A DNA stretch of 64,000 nucleotides from the human T2T-CHM13v2.0 reference genome, Homo sapiens, in assembly GCF_009914755.1 (NCBI RefSeq), contig NC_060929.1; one strand, given 5' to 3'. Positions 27,901-41,700 of the stretch are shown here, piece after piece (position 1 is the first letter of the stretch; each line of letters begins with the position of its first letter). Position numbers and translations under genes: made by a program. Under the pieces are notes generated by a model. The model was given only the letters and a program-made list of their open reading frames with translations. It ran no database searches and was not told the DNA's origin.

Positions 27901-28360
27901 TATTTGTTTTTAAATGCCTTCTCTTTCTGTCAATATTTGCTAACTTTCTGGCAAATACGAATAGGCTAGTAGCAAAGTATTCTTCCTTAGTTATGATACT
28001 ATGTATGGTGAACAAATAAATGAACAAATGAATAAGTAAAAGATGAAAGAAGGGAAGGAGAGGGAGGGAGGAGGGAGAAAATTGTCTATTGAATAAATTC
28101 GTCTTGTACTGTCTCTGTTGGACATAAATGCTTTTCTTACTGGCTTCCAGTAGGAAAGGAAATTAACTAAATGGAAGAGCACAAAGGTATTATGAAAGAG
28201 GTACATCAATGATGTGAGACACCACTACCCAAGTTTTTACACAAGTTCTGGGATAGACTTGACTAACTTTTTCCAAATAGATTTTTAATTTTCAACTGAG
28301 AGAGATAAACTCTTTGAAGTCTAGCCCGTGGACTAACACAGAAACATAACAAGCCAGTTA

Positions 28361-28660
<300 letters not shown>

Positions 28661-29839
28661 GAAGACACAGTGGCCGGTGGCCTACTTGTAACACTTTAGA
28701 AAGCCTAATTTAAATTATAAAAAATTATTTAAAATATTCAATTATTTAAAAAATATTATCTTAATAAAAAATGATTCTAACATAAAAGACTTAAAATATA
28801 AAACACATTTTAAAAAACAAAAAAATTGAGATTAATCAATTTCTAAATAAAAAGAAATTGAGCTAATATAACCACATAATAAATCAATTATGGTATAAGT
28901 AGACTATGTAGAGATTAACTGGTCTATAATGCTTACCATGATATTGTGGAGGTAAAGATAACAAAACAAGTCTTTTTGTCATTAACGTTTCTTCAATTTC
29001 AGGTTATAGGATAATCCAAAAGGCTTTTTAAATATTCTCAATTTTTCAGAAGTAGTTTATTTTGTAAGATTTCTCATCATGTGTATTCCTTTTTTTAATC
29101 TTTGCCCTCAACATTAAGAAAGTCATTTGATTGTTTTTAATTTGCAGTATTCTGCCAGCAGCAAATGTGAATGACAATATTACTTGCTTTTCCTTCCTCC
29201 TATTAAAGATTGCAAGCGTTAAAAAATTTGATTCCTATTTTTGTTTTGAGTCACTTTTGGCAAAGTTGGTAAGATGTTGATTGTGTAATGGGGAAGGGTT
29301 TTCTTCATCTTGGCTTAACTCTACCCCTGTTATCGCACCATGACATTTTCTTTGTCCTGGGATGGCTAGGAGAAAAGGTGTATGGGTACTTTGAGCTACA
29401 CGGACTCTAAGTTCTTTGGATATTTGTAACAGGAAAATCTGTAAATTTGTCATTGCAAAACTGTAAGCCACTTTACGCCTTTTGAGATGTGAAAATCACA
29501 CACCACTTCTTCCTTTGTCCTTGGAAAAATAGCAAAATGAGTCATTTTGTTATAAAATATTAAGTAGTCATGTTTGGGAACCTATGGCTCCAAAGAGCTA
29601 AAATGCTCACTGAAATCATGTAGAAGGCTGAGTTCAACCTCTGCGGACTTTCTCCTTTTAAGAAATATCCTTTTTTAGCTTTGCGTTTTCATGGTAGCAT
29701 ACTTGCTGACTGTTGCTTTCCTTATGGACGAGGATGTGTGATAAGTCTAATTATTATTGCTCATGTAATACTAGGAACTAAGACTTAGAACTACAGAAAA
29801 GATATCTGATATTATACTGGTTTGAAGGATATAAAAGCA

Positions 29840-29935
29840 AACTGGAGTCAGACTCTCTGGGAATGGAGGCTTACATCTATATTTTTAGAAAGCTCCACGC
29901 GTGCTTCTGAAGCAGAGCCAGGTTTGAAAATCCTT
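29840..29935. mobile_element. MER5-like DNA transposon relic
   Basis: gtcagactctctgggaatggagg...tttttagaaagctccacgcgtgcttctga...ggtttgaaaatc. Confidence 0.45.
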
Positions 29936-30879
29936 TTACTACAGCGTATTGTAGGAAACTCCCTCGTGGTATAATTTAAGATTCAATAAACCAGACTTTG
30001 AAAATAATCTAATGTTGGGCTATTATGTTCTGATGTGATTATTTGGGGCAAGGACACACCAGGAATGTTCTAAGACTGGAGTTTCCCTAGAAAGAAGTGG
30101 AAGTGGGAAGCCACAGGGACGAGAGAGGCAGGTTGAGACAGCACATATGACTGGAATGGTGAAAATTTCTCTGCACACACTGGGCCTTGTATTTCAAGCA
30201 CAGCAACTTGGAGCATCAAGACATACTGAAAGGAGCTCCTGGCTGTGCGAAAAGCTGAACTACATTTATGGCAGCAGGCCGGGGGCCATTATTCTTTGTG
30301 CACAAGAATGATGAGTGCTAAGGGAAAGTGGATAGGGCACTGACAGCTTCACCCACACTTGGGAAGTAGGCTAAATGTGCATGAAGTGTGCACAAAGTTA
30401 TCGAGTTATCCTTCTATTTCTCATTTGCGTGTGTGTGTGTGTGTGAGTTCACTAAATTTAGTTCTGAACTGCAGTGCAAAGAACATTCCATTTAAGATAC
30501 TACAAGATCCACCTGCTCAAAGTTTAATTTTCCCTCAGCAAAAACAAATGAAGCAGAAAGGGTGTATCTGGCACCTTTTGGCATTCAACACTTTCTCCAT
30601 TAGCAGCTCAAGATGAAACCTAAATGTTTGCATGTGCTCTAGGCCCTAGTGGAGGCAAAGATGTTGAAACAACAATGGCTACTGCTGTTTTCAGCTTCAC
30701 GTTAGTGTACAGGATTCACAAAACTTAATTTGTGTGCCATATAATGACAAATCTCATGACTGAATATGCTGACACAGTGAACTTTCTCTCACAGCTACAA
30801 AAAGATTCTAATGATTTGTACAGATTTATCTATAAGACTCTAATTGTTGGGTAAGAATGAAAACTTGCCTGTTATGTTA

Positions 30880-31180
30880 TTGCATATTGCGTATTTCCTC
30901 CATAAAATTCTACCATTTTACACTCCCATAGCAGTGTGAAACATTCTCATAGACTTATCAACATTATATATTATCAAATTTGGGGTTTTTACAAACCTGA
31001 TAGATGAAAAATGACACCTTGGTGTGATTTTAACTTGCCTTTCACTTGCTGTGAGTGAGGTTGAGCATCTTCTCATGTGTATTTGAGACCACATGTATTT
31101 CTGTTTCTGGGTTGTGTCTGTTCATGCCCTTTGCTTATTTTTTGGGAGGAAACTACTTGACTTCTTCTCAATTTTCACGA
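30880..31180 (-). mobile_element. Old L1 ORF2 3' fragment
   Basis: gagtgaggttgagcatcttctcatgtgtattt...tgtctgttcatgccctttgc. Confidence 0.65.
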
Positions 31181-31193
31181 TTTGTACACTCCT

Positions 31194-31955
31194 TCTATTA
31201 AAGTTCTCCAGAGCAACCAAATCCCCCTTATATATGTGTGTGTGTATATATATAATGTATGGAATATCTATATCATATATAGGGAATATCTATATCTTTA
31301 CTTATCTATCTATCCTACATATATAAATTCCCTATATATATATAAATTCCTATATATATAAATTCCGCATATATATGTAGGCTAGATAGATGATAGATAG
31401 ATAGATAGATAGAGAATTTATATATGTAGGATATATAGATAGATAAAGATATAGATATAATAAAATTATTATGAGAATCGGCTCATGAGATTATGGAGGC
31501 CAAGAAGGCCCACAATCTGCTGTATGCAAGCTAGATAACAAGGAGAAGGCCAGTGATGTAATTCAATTCAAGTCTAAAGGCCTGAGAACTGGGGAAGCTG
31601 TGGAAGTCCCAGTGGAAGGCTGAAGGCCTGAGAACTGGGGTAGTCACTTGTATAAGTCCTGGAGTCTGAAGTCTAGAAAACCAGGAGCTTTGATATTCCA
31701 GGGCAGAAGATGGATATCCCTGCTCAAGAAGAGAGCATGCACCCTCCTTCTGCCTTTTTGTTCTATTGAGGCTCTCAGTGGATTGGATGATGTCCATCCA
31801 CACTGGTGAGGGGACATCTTCTGTGATCAGTCTACGAATTCAAATACTAATCTCTTTTGGTAACATCATAACAGACACACCCAGAAATAATGTTTTATCA
31901 GCTATCTGGGCATCCCTTAGCCCAGTCAAGTTGACACATAAAATTAACCATCACA
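31194..31955 (-). mobile_element. MLT2 (ERVL) solo LTR with expanded TA/GATA tract
   Basis: gttctccagag...ggctcatgagattatggaggccaagaag...acataaaattaaccatcaca. Confidence 0.88.
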
Positions 31956-32110
31956 GGCCAGATACAGTGGCTTGCACCTCTAATCTCAGCAACTTTGGAG
32001 GCTAAGGCAAGAGGATCGCTTGAGCCCAGGAGTTGAAGGCTGCAGTGAGTGATGATTATGCCACTTCACTCCTGCCTGGGCAACAGAGCAAGAATCTGTC
32101 TCTAAAAAAA
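31956..32110 (+). mobile_element. Alu monomer (FRAM/FAM-like)
   Basis: ggatcgcttgagcccaggagttgaaggctgcagtgag...; single monomer with A tail. Confidence 0.8.
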
Positions 32111-32116
32111 CAAACA

Positions 32117-32405
32117 GGCCGGGTGCAGTGGCTCACGCCTGTAATCCCAGCACTTTGGGAGGCTGAGGCAGGCAGATCAAGAGGTCAGGAGATCGAGACC
32201 ATACTGGCTAATACGTGAAACCCCGTCTCTACTAAAAATACAAAAAATTAGCCAGGCGTAGTGGCGGGCGCCTGTAGTCCCAGCTACTCGGGAGGCTGAG
32301 GCAGGAGAATGGTGTGAACCTGGGAGGCGGAGCTTGCAGTGAGCCACTGCACTCCAGCCTGGGCGACAGCGTGAGACTCCATCTGAAAAAAAAAAAAAAA
32401 AAAAA
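32117..32405 (+). mobile_element. AluY
   Basis: gagatcgagaccatactggctaa, aatggtgtgaacc, gcggagcttgcagtgag; short internal deletion at gagcc|actgc; long poly(A). Confidence 0.94.
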
Positions 32406-33397
32406 CCAAAAATCTTAATTATTATACTGCCCCTAAATTGGTTTATAAATTTCATGCAATTTGAATAAAAATGCCAACAGGGTTTTTTTTTTTTTTTTTC
32501 TGAAACAAGACAAAAAGTGCTGGGGTTTTGGACACTTCTTGCTTGTTTATTTTTCTTTAGTAACAAGAAACAACTTGAATTTACTTTAAATATACAGAAA
32601 AGCTTATAAGCTTTTCCTATTTCTTAAGTTTCACCTAGGTACTGTATTTAATCTTTTTTTTCTATTGTGAAAAGGGTCTTGTCTTCAATGATATCTTCCA
32701 ACTTATTGACTTTGTGTCTATTAGGTATTTATTTCTGTATGTTAATTTCAAATCCTGTGACCTTTCTGAGCTTTGTAATAGTTTTTAATAGATTCTCTTG
32801 GGATTTTTTAGTTATTTATTCATAGGTTGCCTTTTCATTTTCTGTTTTTATAATTTTAATTTTTTTCTCTTATCTAATTGTGCTATCTAACATTGCCAGT
32901 ATAATTTTAAATAGTAATGCTGAAAATGAGTGTTACTGTCTTATTCCTGACTTGATTGAGAATTCCTTCAGTGCTTATTGATTTTGTAGTATGCTGTTTT
33001 GGAGATAATGAGACACAAATATGCACATATCTGTGTACATGTGTAAGTATTTGTATATATGCTATATATATGTTTCTACACACACACATATATAGTTAAT
33101 CTATCAGTTTTCATTTATAATTTTAATAAATTAAAAATGGAGATTGAATTATGTCAAATGTCTTTTCAGCATCCGTAGACATAATTATATAATTTTACTC
33201 TTAAATCTATTAATTTACTAATATAAAACAATTCTTCCTTTGCTGGAATAAACCCCCATTTGGTTATGATGTGTTATTTTTTAATAAACTGTAGAATATT
33301 GTTTGCTTATATTTTATTTAATATAATTGCATAAATATTTAGAAGTGAGATCAATCTGTAGTTTTTATCTCATGGAGCTTTAATAGTTTTGGTATTA

Positions 33398-33776
<379 letters not shown>

Positions 33777-34070
33777 TTAAAAAGCACTGAGAATACCTGC
33801 CTTTTAATGATTTTATAGAAATATTATCTAGAAAACATCTGGCCATGGTGATATTTTAAAGGATGGCACTTTGATCCATTTTTCTATTTATTCTAACCTC
33901 TCCTTCCCTTCCTACACCTCATGTTCTCCATTATCCAATTTTAATCAATAATTATTTTCACAGTGTTTATTTTTGGAATCTTACATATGCTTACACTTAT
34001 GCTACTTGATTTGTTACCTATTTTACTTCCACTTATTACTTATGAGACAACTATTAAGTTCAGTCTACTT

Positions 34071-34376
34071 TTTTCTTTTTTTTTTTTTTAGATGGAGTTG
34101 CTATGTTGCTCAGGCTGGAGTGCGATGGCAATGGTGCGATCTCAGCTCACTGATTGCAACCTCCGCCTCCTGGGTTCAAGCAATTCTCCTGCCTCAGCCT
34201 CCCGAGTAGTTTGGATTACAGGCACCCACCACCATCCCTGGCTAATTTTTGTATTTTTAGTAGAGACAGGGTTTCACCATGTGGTCAGGCTGGTCTTGAA
34301 CTCCTGACCTCCTGTGATCCACCCACCTCATCTTCCCAAAGTGCTGGGATTACAAGCATGAGCCACCGCGCCCAGT
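34071..34376 (-). mobile_element. AluS (Sq-like)
   Basis: Antisense dimer; TSD aagttca(g/t)tctactt. Confidence 0.93.
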
Positions 34377-35285
34377 CAAGTTCATTCTACTTTCTACCAT
34401 CTCTCCTTCTCCTTTCATTTTTTTCTCAAGTCCTCAGTTTTTACACTGTCAAGGCATCTAACAATTATACACAATTATGTCACTTTTATCCTTTTGTCTT
34501 ATTACTTTTGTCTTACTACTGATAACATATTTAAGTCTATCTGTTGCTTATTATTGGTTCTTTTGCCGTTTCTTTCCTTAATCATCTTTTGGTTGGAAAA
34601 AGTGCAACTTCAAGATCTTCCATGTTGTACATAGATTATCTGAAACCTGTACACATAAAGGAGTGTCTGGCTGGGTATCTAATGCTTGGCTCAGACTTCT
34701 TTTCTTGAGTACAGGGCTCTACAATGTTCCGTAGGCATTAAATACTGCTTTCGAAAAGTATGATGCAGCTTAGTTTTTGTTCCTCATAACTTGGAGTTCT
34801 TGTGGAGTTATCCAGAGAATTTTTTTTATTCTCTAAAGTCCAATACTTTTATTTGTTTATATCTTAATATTGATTCTGGATTGGTTTTCTTAGGTATATG
34901 ATATGCCTTTTCAAGAGATTCAAATCTTATGTGATTTTAGGGATGTTCCTTTGAATTGTAGTTTAAAATATTTGTTCTGTAACTTTATTTTGTTTTTCTT
35001 CCTTAAGAACTTAAATTATATGTTTCTGGATCTCCTTTGTCCATTTTTCCGTCTCTTATTTTTTTATTTTTTACTTTTTTCCCATTTTCTTTCTCATGTC
35101 ATTATTGTGTTTTTATATCTGGTGTCACTTGTGCCTTTTGTAATTTAATCTGCATTTCTGAAATAATTTTATCTTTTCCTTTCATTTCTTTCCTGAATTC
35201 TGTCAATTCACAGTTTCATGTTTCTACTCTCTGGCCATCTCTTCTTTTGAGTTCCTTTATTTCTAGTCCATGATTTTTATAACTG

Positions 35286-35288
<3 letters not shown>

Positions 35289-35341
<53 letters not shown>
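35289..35341. repeat. (AT)26 pure microsatellite
   Basis: 53 uninterrupted alternating A/T bases. Confidence 0.97.
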
Positions 35342-35342
<1 letters not shown>

Positions 35343-35564
35343 CTTTCCTTTATAATATAAAAATGTTTGTGATTTTCTTCTAATCTTAGCAGTGTTTTTC
35401 TGGGGAGTTTTCTCCTGTTGCTGAGCTCTGATTTTTCTCATGATTTTACAACATCTTCATTTGAATTCAGCATTTTTACTTTTTCGTTCATAGCTGAATG
35501 AGTTTTTCCTGGCTCACCTATTATCAAAAGAACCTGGTAAAGGGGAGAAAAGAGGTAAGGGTTG

Positions 35565-35965
35565 TGTTTTAGTTCACTTGTGCTACTATTATAGAATACT
35601 TGAAACTTGGAAATTCGTAAAGAATAAAAATTTCTTCCTCAGTTTTGACACTTCCAAGTCCACAATCAAGGTGCTAAAAGGTTTGGTTGTCTGGCGAGGG
35701 CTACTTCCTGCTTCCAGAATGGTGCCTCAATGCTGCATCCTCCAAAGAGAAGGAAGGATGTGTTTTCACATGGCAGAAAACAGAAGGTTAAAAGGGGACA
35801 AACTCTCTCCATCAAGCCCTTTTAAAAGGGCACCTAATCCCATTCATGAGGATAAAATCCTCATGATTCACTCACCTTGCAAAGGCCACACTTCCCAATA
35901 CTGTTGCATTGGGGATTAAGTTTCACACAAATTTTCAAGAGGACAAAAATATTCAAACCATAACA
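35565..35965 (-). mobile_element. MaLR solo LTR (MST-like)
   Basis: tgttttagttcacttgtgctactat...attcaaaccataaca termini; 5-bp TSD ggttg. Confidence 0.85.
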
Positions 35966-36016
35966 GGTTGCTTTCTCAGTTTCTTAGCTCAAGAAATCTG
36001 CCTTAGATAGCTGAGC

Positions 36017-36815
36017 TGTTTTTACTCAAACATTTCTGACACCAAATGTGTGGGGATTTTTTTCTCACACCAAACAATTCTCTCACTCTCTGGACACCAA
36101 CTAGGTGTCCTATAATTCAATTTAATTGTGACACTACCACGAGTTAGCACAGACCACGCAGGTGAAGGGCTCAGTCCCATAAGACTACCCTCACTTCAGA
36201 TGCCAGTCACAAGTTCTGGTTTGCCACCTGTACATATGACCAAATAACTATAAATTCAGGGTATCCATGACCCCTCCCTCAGGTTCAATAGCTTGCTAGA
36301 ATGGCTCACAGAACTCAGAAAAACACTTTACAAGTTTATTATAAAGGATAAGGCTCAGAAACAGCCAATTGGAAAGGATGCATAGGACAAAGTATGCATG
36401 GGTTGGGGAGTCCATAGACTTTCCTTGCCCTCTCTGGATTATCCATTATCCCAGCACTTCAGTGTGTTCGCTAACCCAGAAGCTCTCCAAACCCTGTCAC
36501 TGGGGAAGGGGGGTGGTTATGGTGATTTCATTATGTAGCCATATTGATCAAATCATTGGCCATTGATACTTAGCTCAACCTCCATCTTCTCTCTCCTCCC
36601 CAGAGGTCAGGAGTTGAGGCTGAAAGTTCTGACCCTCTAATCATGCCTTGGTCTTTCTGGTTACTACCCTCCATAATGATATCTAGGGGTCCCCAGCTAC
36701 CAATCATCTCATTAGCAAACAAAGACACTCTTATCACTTTTGGGATTACAGAGGTTTTAGGAGCTAGGTGCTAAGAACTAGGACAAAGACGAAATATATA
36801 TCTCCTACTGTATTG
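36017..36815 (-). mobile_element. MER21-like LTR
   Basis: catttctgacaccaaatgtgtggg...ggtgaagggctcagtcccataagactaccctcacttcagatgccagtcacaag. Confidence 0.8.
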
Positions 36816-37574
36816 CTCTGTAACCAGTATTTTCTTTAATATCATCTCTCACTACCACCCTATTCTCTACACTGTCTACAATTGTTCACATTGCTTCTCT
36901 GAGCACTAATGCTCTCCCCTCCTTGTTCTTGGTTCTACCCACAGCAGTTCTTACAGAGGGCCCCTTCCTTTGGTGGGGTGAAAATTTGCTGGCATTGTTT
37001 GTGCTCTGCCTCTGCTAGAAAATCTCACTCCCAGTTCTTTCCTACAACACCTGCCATCATCCAACACTGTTTGTCAACCCCCTGCTATTCTTCTTGTTTC
37101 AAATGTTCTTCCCCTAACTTATATTTTATTCAGTTTGTGGATTTTTCTTGGTCTTCTAGTTTTTTTGAAGGCTGTGGAGAGTTGTATCGTTGTTCTTGTT
37201 GTCTCTATTATAATTCAGAATTCCTCTAGTTCTAATTTCAAGTTATTATTTCTGTTTTCTTATCTTGTATTATCCAGGAGACTTCAGAATAGTTTCATAA
37301 AACTAAGGGCTAGATCTCTGGTAGATTGTAGAAAACTAAGGGAAGCATCTATGCCCATGCATGGGATCAAATAGAAAGTATGGAAGAACCCTTAGCAGGC
37401 TGAGGGAGGTCAGCCATCTGAGACCAGAGAAAGCATTATGAGTGGAAGGAGACTAGACTCAGAAAGTTTATCTGCAGTGTGGAAACAGACAGCTGAAAAC
37501 AATACAAGATGTGTTATTTATAAAACTAGTAGGCACACTCAGGCAGTCACATGAATTCTGGTGGAAAAGAATAA

Positions 37575-37830
37575 TAACAGCAACGGCAGCTAACACAGAG
37601 CACCTCTATGTGCCACGCACTGGCGTAAGTGCTTTACATACATCAATTCATTTGTCTCTCACAACAACACTATATGATAGTTACAGTTCTTATCCCTATT
37701 TTACAGATAAGAAAACTGAGGCATACAGCATATGAGTAATTTGCTAAAGGTGAATAGCAAGTGAACAATAGAGCTGGAATTCAAATCCAAACAATCTGCT
37801 CCAGATTCCATGCTCTTAACTAGTAAGTTA
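37575..37830 (-). mobile_element. MIR SINE
   Basis: tatccctattttacagataagaaaactgaggca core. Confidence 0.85.
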
Positions 37831-38208
37831 TTTGTATTCATCAAACTTTTTGAAAGAGATAAGTCATCTTCAGAAAAGCTGACTTTTAAGGTGTTCTCAG
37901 TATAAGACTCTATGTTCTTTAGTCTCTTTGAATGCATGCTCAAAGCCACCATAATTTGAGCAACAGTGTTAATCTGACCTCATGTGTGCCATAAGCCAAT
38001 AGGTCAGGGAAATTCTGCTTTGCACATATATATTAAGAATAAGTACTGCTTTGGTACTTTAGAAATCAATGGGTGAAAAATTCTAATCTGGAATATAGTT
38101 ATTTGAGTAAGAAAATATATGGTTTACTTCAAGATGGCAAAGATTTCATGTGATCCACATTTTAAATAGAAAACCTAATATTTTAATTTTAAAATCAAAT
38201 TAATATAA

Positions 38209-38634
<426 letters not shown>

Positions 38635-38741
38635 AAAAAAATGAGAATTTTTAAAACAACCACCAGTATGTAACAACTACCACTGAATAATTAGTGTCAC
38701 AATCACTGGAGATACAGACATTGCACAGAGAACTTAGGTTC

Positions 38742-41700
38742 CTTTTTCTTAATTTTTTAAAAACTTTTATTGTAGGTTCAGGGATACAAGCGTAGGTTTG
38801 TTATATAGGTAAATTGCATGTCCTGGGGGTTTGGTGTATAGATTATTTCATTACCCAGGTAATAAGCATAGTACCCGATAGGTAGTTTTTTGATCCTTTG
38901 CCTCCTTCCACCCTCTGCCCTCAAAGGAGCCCAGTGTTTGTTGTTCCCTTCTTTGTGTCCATGTGTACTCAATGTTTAGCTCCTACCTATATGTGAGAAT
39001 ATGCAGTATTTGGTTTTCTGTTCCTGCATTAGTTTACTTAGGAAAATGGCCTCCAGCTTCATCCATGTTGCTGTAAAGGACATGAACTTATTATTTTTTA
39101 TGGCTGCATAGTATTCCATGGTGTGTTTGTACCACATTTTCCTTATTCAATCCACCATTGACAGGTATTTAGGTTGATTCTATGTCTTTGCTATTGTGAA
39201 TAGCACTGTGATGAACATACACATGCATGAGTCCTTATGGTAGAAATATATATATTTGTTATATACCCAATAATGAGATTGCTGGGTTGAATGGTACTTC
39301 CATTTTAAATTCTTTGAAGAATCACAACACTGCTTTCCACAATGGCAGAACTAATTTACACCCCCACCAGCAGTGTATAAATATTTCCTTTTCTACCCAA
39401 CCTCACTAGCATCTATTATTTTTTGACCTTTTAGTAATACCCATTCTGACTGGTATGAGATGGTGTCTCATTATGGTTTTGATTTCATTTCTCTGATGAT
39501 CAGTGGTGTTGAGCTTTTTTCCATATGTCTTCTTTTGAGAAGTGTCTGTTCACGTTCTTTGCCCAGTTTTTAATGGGGTTGTTTGTATTTTGCTTGTTAA
39601 TTTAAGTTCCTTATAGATTCTAGATATTAGACCTTTTGTCAGATGCATTGTTTGCAATAATTTTCTCCAATTCTGTAGGTTGTCTGTTTACTTTGTTGAT
39701 AGTTTCTATTGCTGTGCAGAAGCTCTTTAGTTTAATTAGGTCATACTTGCCAATTTTTGTTTTTGTTCCTATTACTTTTGGCATCTTAATCATGAAATAT
39801 TTGCCAGGGCCTCTGTCCAGAATGGCATTCCCTAAGTTATCTTCCAGGGCTTTTACAGTTTTAGATTTTACATTTAAGTCTTTAATCCATCTTGAATTTG
39901 TTTTTGTATGTGATGTGAGGAAGGGGTCCTGCTTCAGTCTTCTAAATATAGCTAGCCAGTTATCTCATCTACATTTATTGAATGGTAAGTCTTTTACCTT
40001 TGGCTTGTTTTTGTTGGCTTTAAGATCAGATGTTTGTAGATGTGCAGCTATTTTCACTCTGTTCTATTCCATTGGTCTATATGTCTGTTTTTGCAGTACC
40101 ATTCTGTTTTGGTTACTGTAGCCTTGTAGTATAGTTTGAAGTCAGGTAATGTGATATTTCCAGCTTTGTTTCTTGCTTTGTTTTGTTTTTGTTGTTGTTG
40201 TTGTTGTTGTTTTTGCTTAGGCTTGCCTTAGCTGTTTGAGCTCTTGTTTTTCATTCCATAAGAATTTTAAAATAATTTTTTTAATTCTGCAAGAAATACC
40301 ATTGGTAGTTTCATACGAATGGCATTCAATCTGTAAATTTCTTTGGGCACTATGGCCATTTTAGCACTATTGATTCTTCCTATCCCTGCTCATGGAATGT
40401 TGTTCCATTTGTTTGTTATCTCTGATTTCTTTGAGCAGTGTTTTGTAATTCTTATTGTAGAGATCTTTCACTTCCCTGGTTAGCTGTGTGCCTAGGTTTT
40501 TATTCTTTTTCTGGCTATTGTGAATGGGATTGCATTCTTGATTTGGATCTCAGCTTGGGCATTGTTGGTGTACAGACATGCTAGTGATTTTCATACATTG
40601 ATTTTGTATTGTTTAACTTTGTTGAAGTTGTTTATCAGATCTAGGAGCTTTTGGGCAGAGACTACAGGATTTTCTAGGTATGGAACCATATTGTCTGCAA
40701 ATGGAAATAATTTGACATCTTCGCTTCCTATTTGAATGACTTTTCTTTCTTTCACTTGCCTGATTGCTCTGGCTAGGACTGCTAATACTATGTTTAATCA
40801 AACTGGTAAGAGTGGGCATCATTGTCTTAGTCTGGTTTTCAAGGGGAATGCTTCCAGCTTTTGCCCATTCAGTATGATGTTGGCTATGGGTTTCTCATAG
40901 ACAACTCATTATTTTGAGGTCTGTTCGTTCAGTGCTTATTTTGTTAAGGGTTTTTAACATGAAGGGGTGTTGAATTTTATCAAAGTATTTTTTGCATTTA
41001 TTGAGATGATCATGTGGTTTCTGATTTCAGTTCTGTTTATGTGGAGAATCACATTTTTTGATTTGCATATGTTGAACCAACCTTGCATCCCAAGGACCAA
41101 GCCTACTAGATTGTAGTGAATTAACTTTTTGATGTGCTGCTGGATTTGGTTTGCTAGTATTTTGCTGATAATTTTTGCATCTATGTTCATCAAGGATATT
41201 TTTACATCTATGTTCATTAAGGATATTGGTTTGAAGTGTTCTTTCTTTGTTGTGTCTCTGCCAGATTTTGGTATCAGAATGATCCTGGCCTCATAGAGTG
41301 AGTTAGGGAGCAGTCTCTCCTTCTTAATTTTTTGGAATAGTTTCAACAAGAATTGTACCGCTCTTCTTTGTACATCTGGCAGAATTCAGCTGTGAATCTA
41401 TCTGGTCCTTGGCTTTTTTTGATTGGTAGGCTATTTATTACTGATTCAATTTCAGAGCTCATTATTAGTCTGTTCAAGGATTTGATTTTTTTTCTACTCA
41501 ATATTGAGAAGTCATATGTTTCCAGAAATTAATTCATTTTTTCTAGATTTTCTAGCTTGTGCACATAGAGGTATTCATAGTAGTCTCTGAGGTTTTTTTG
41601 TATTTCTGTGGGATCTCTGGTAATGTCCTTTTTGTCATTTCTGATTGTGTTTATTTGGATCTTCTTTTCTCAAAATTAGTCTAGCTGGTGGTCTATTTTA

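Noticed and set aside
39636-40121. 161-aa hydrophobic plus-strand ORF resembling a membrane protein
   Set aside because: Antisense reading of T-rich L1 ORF2
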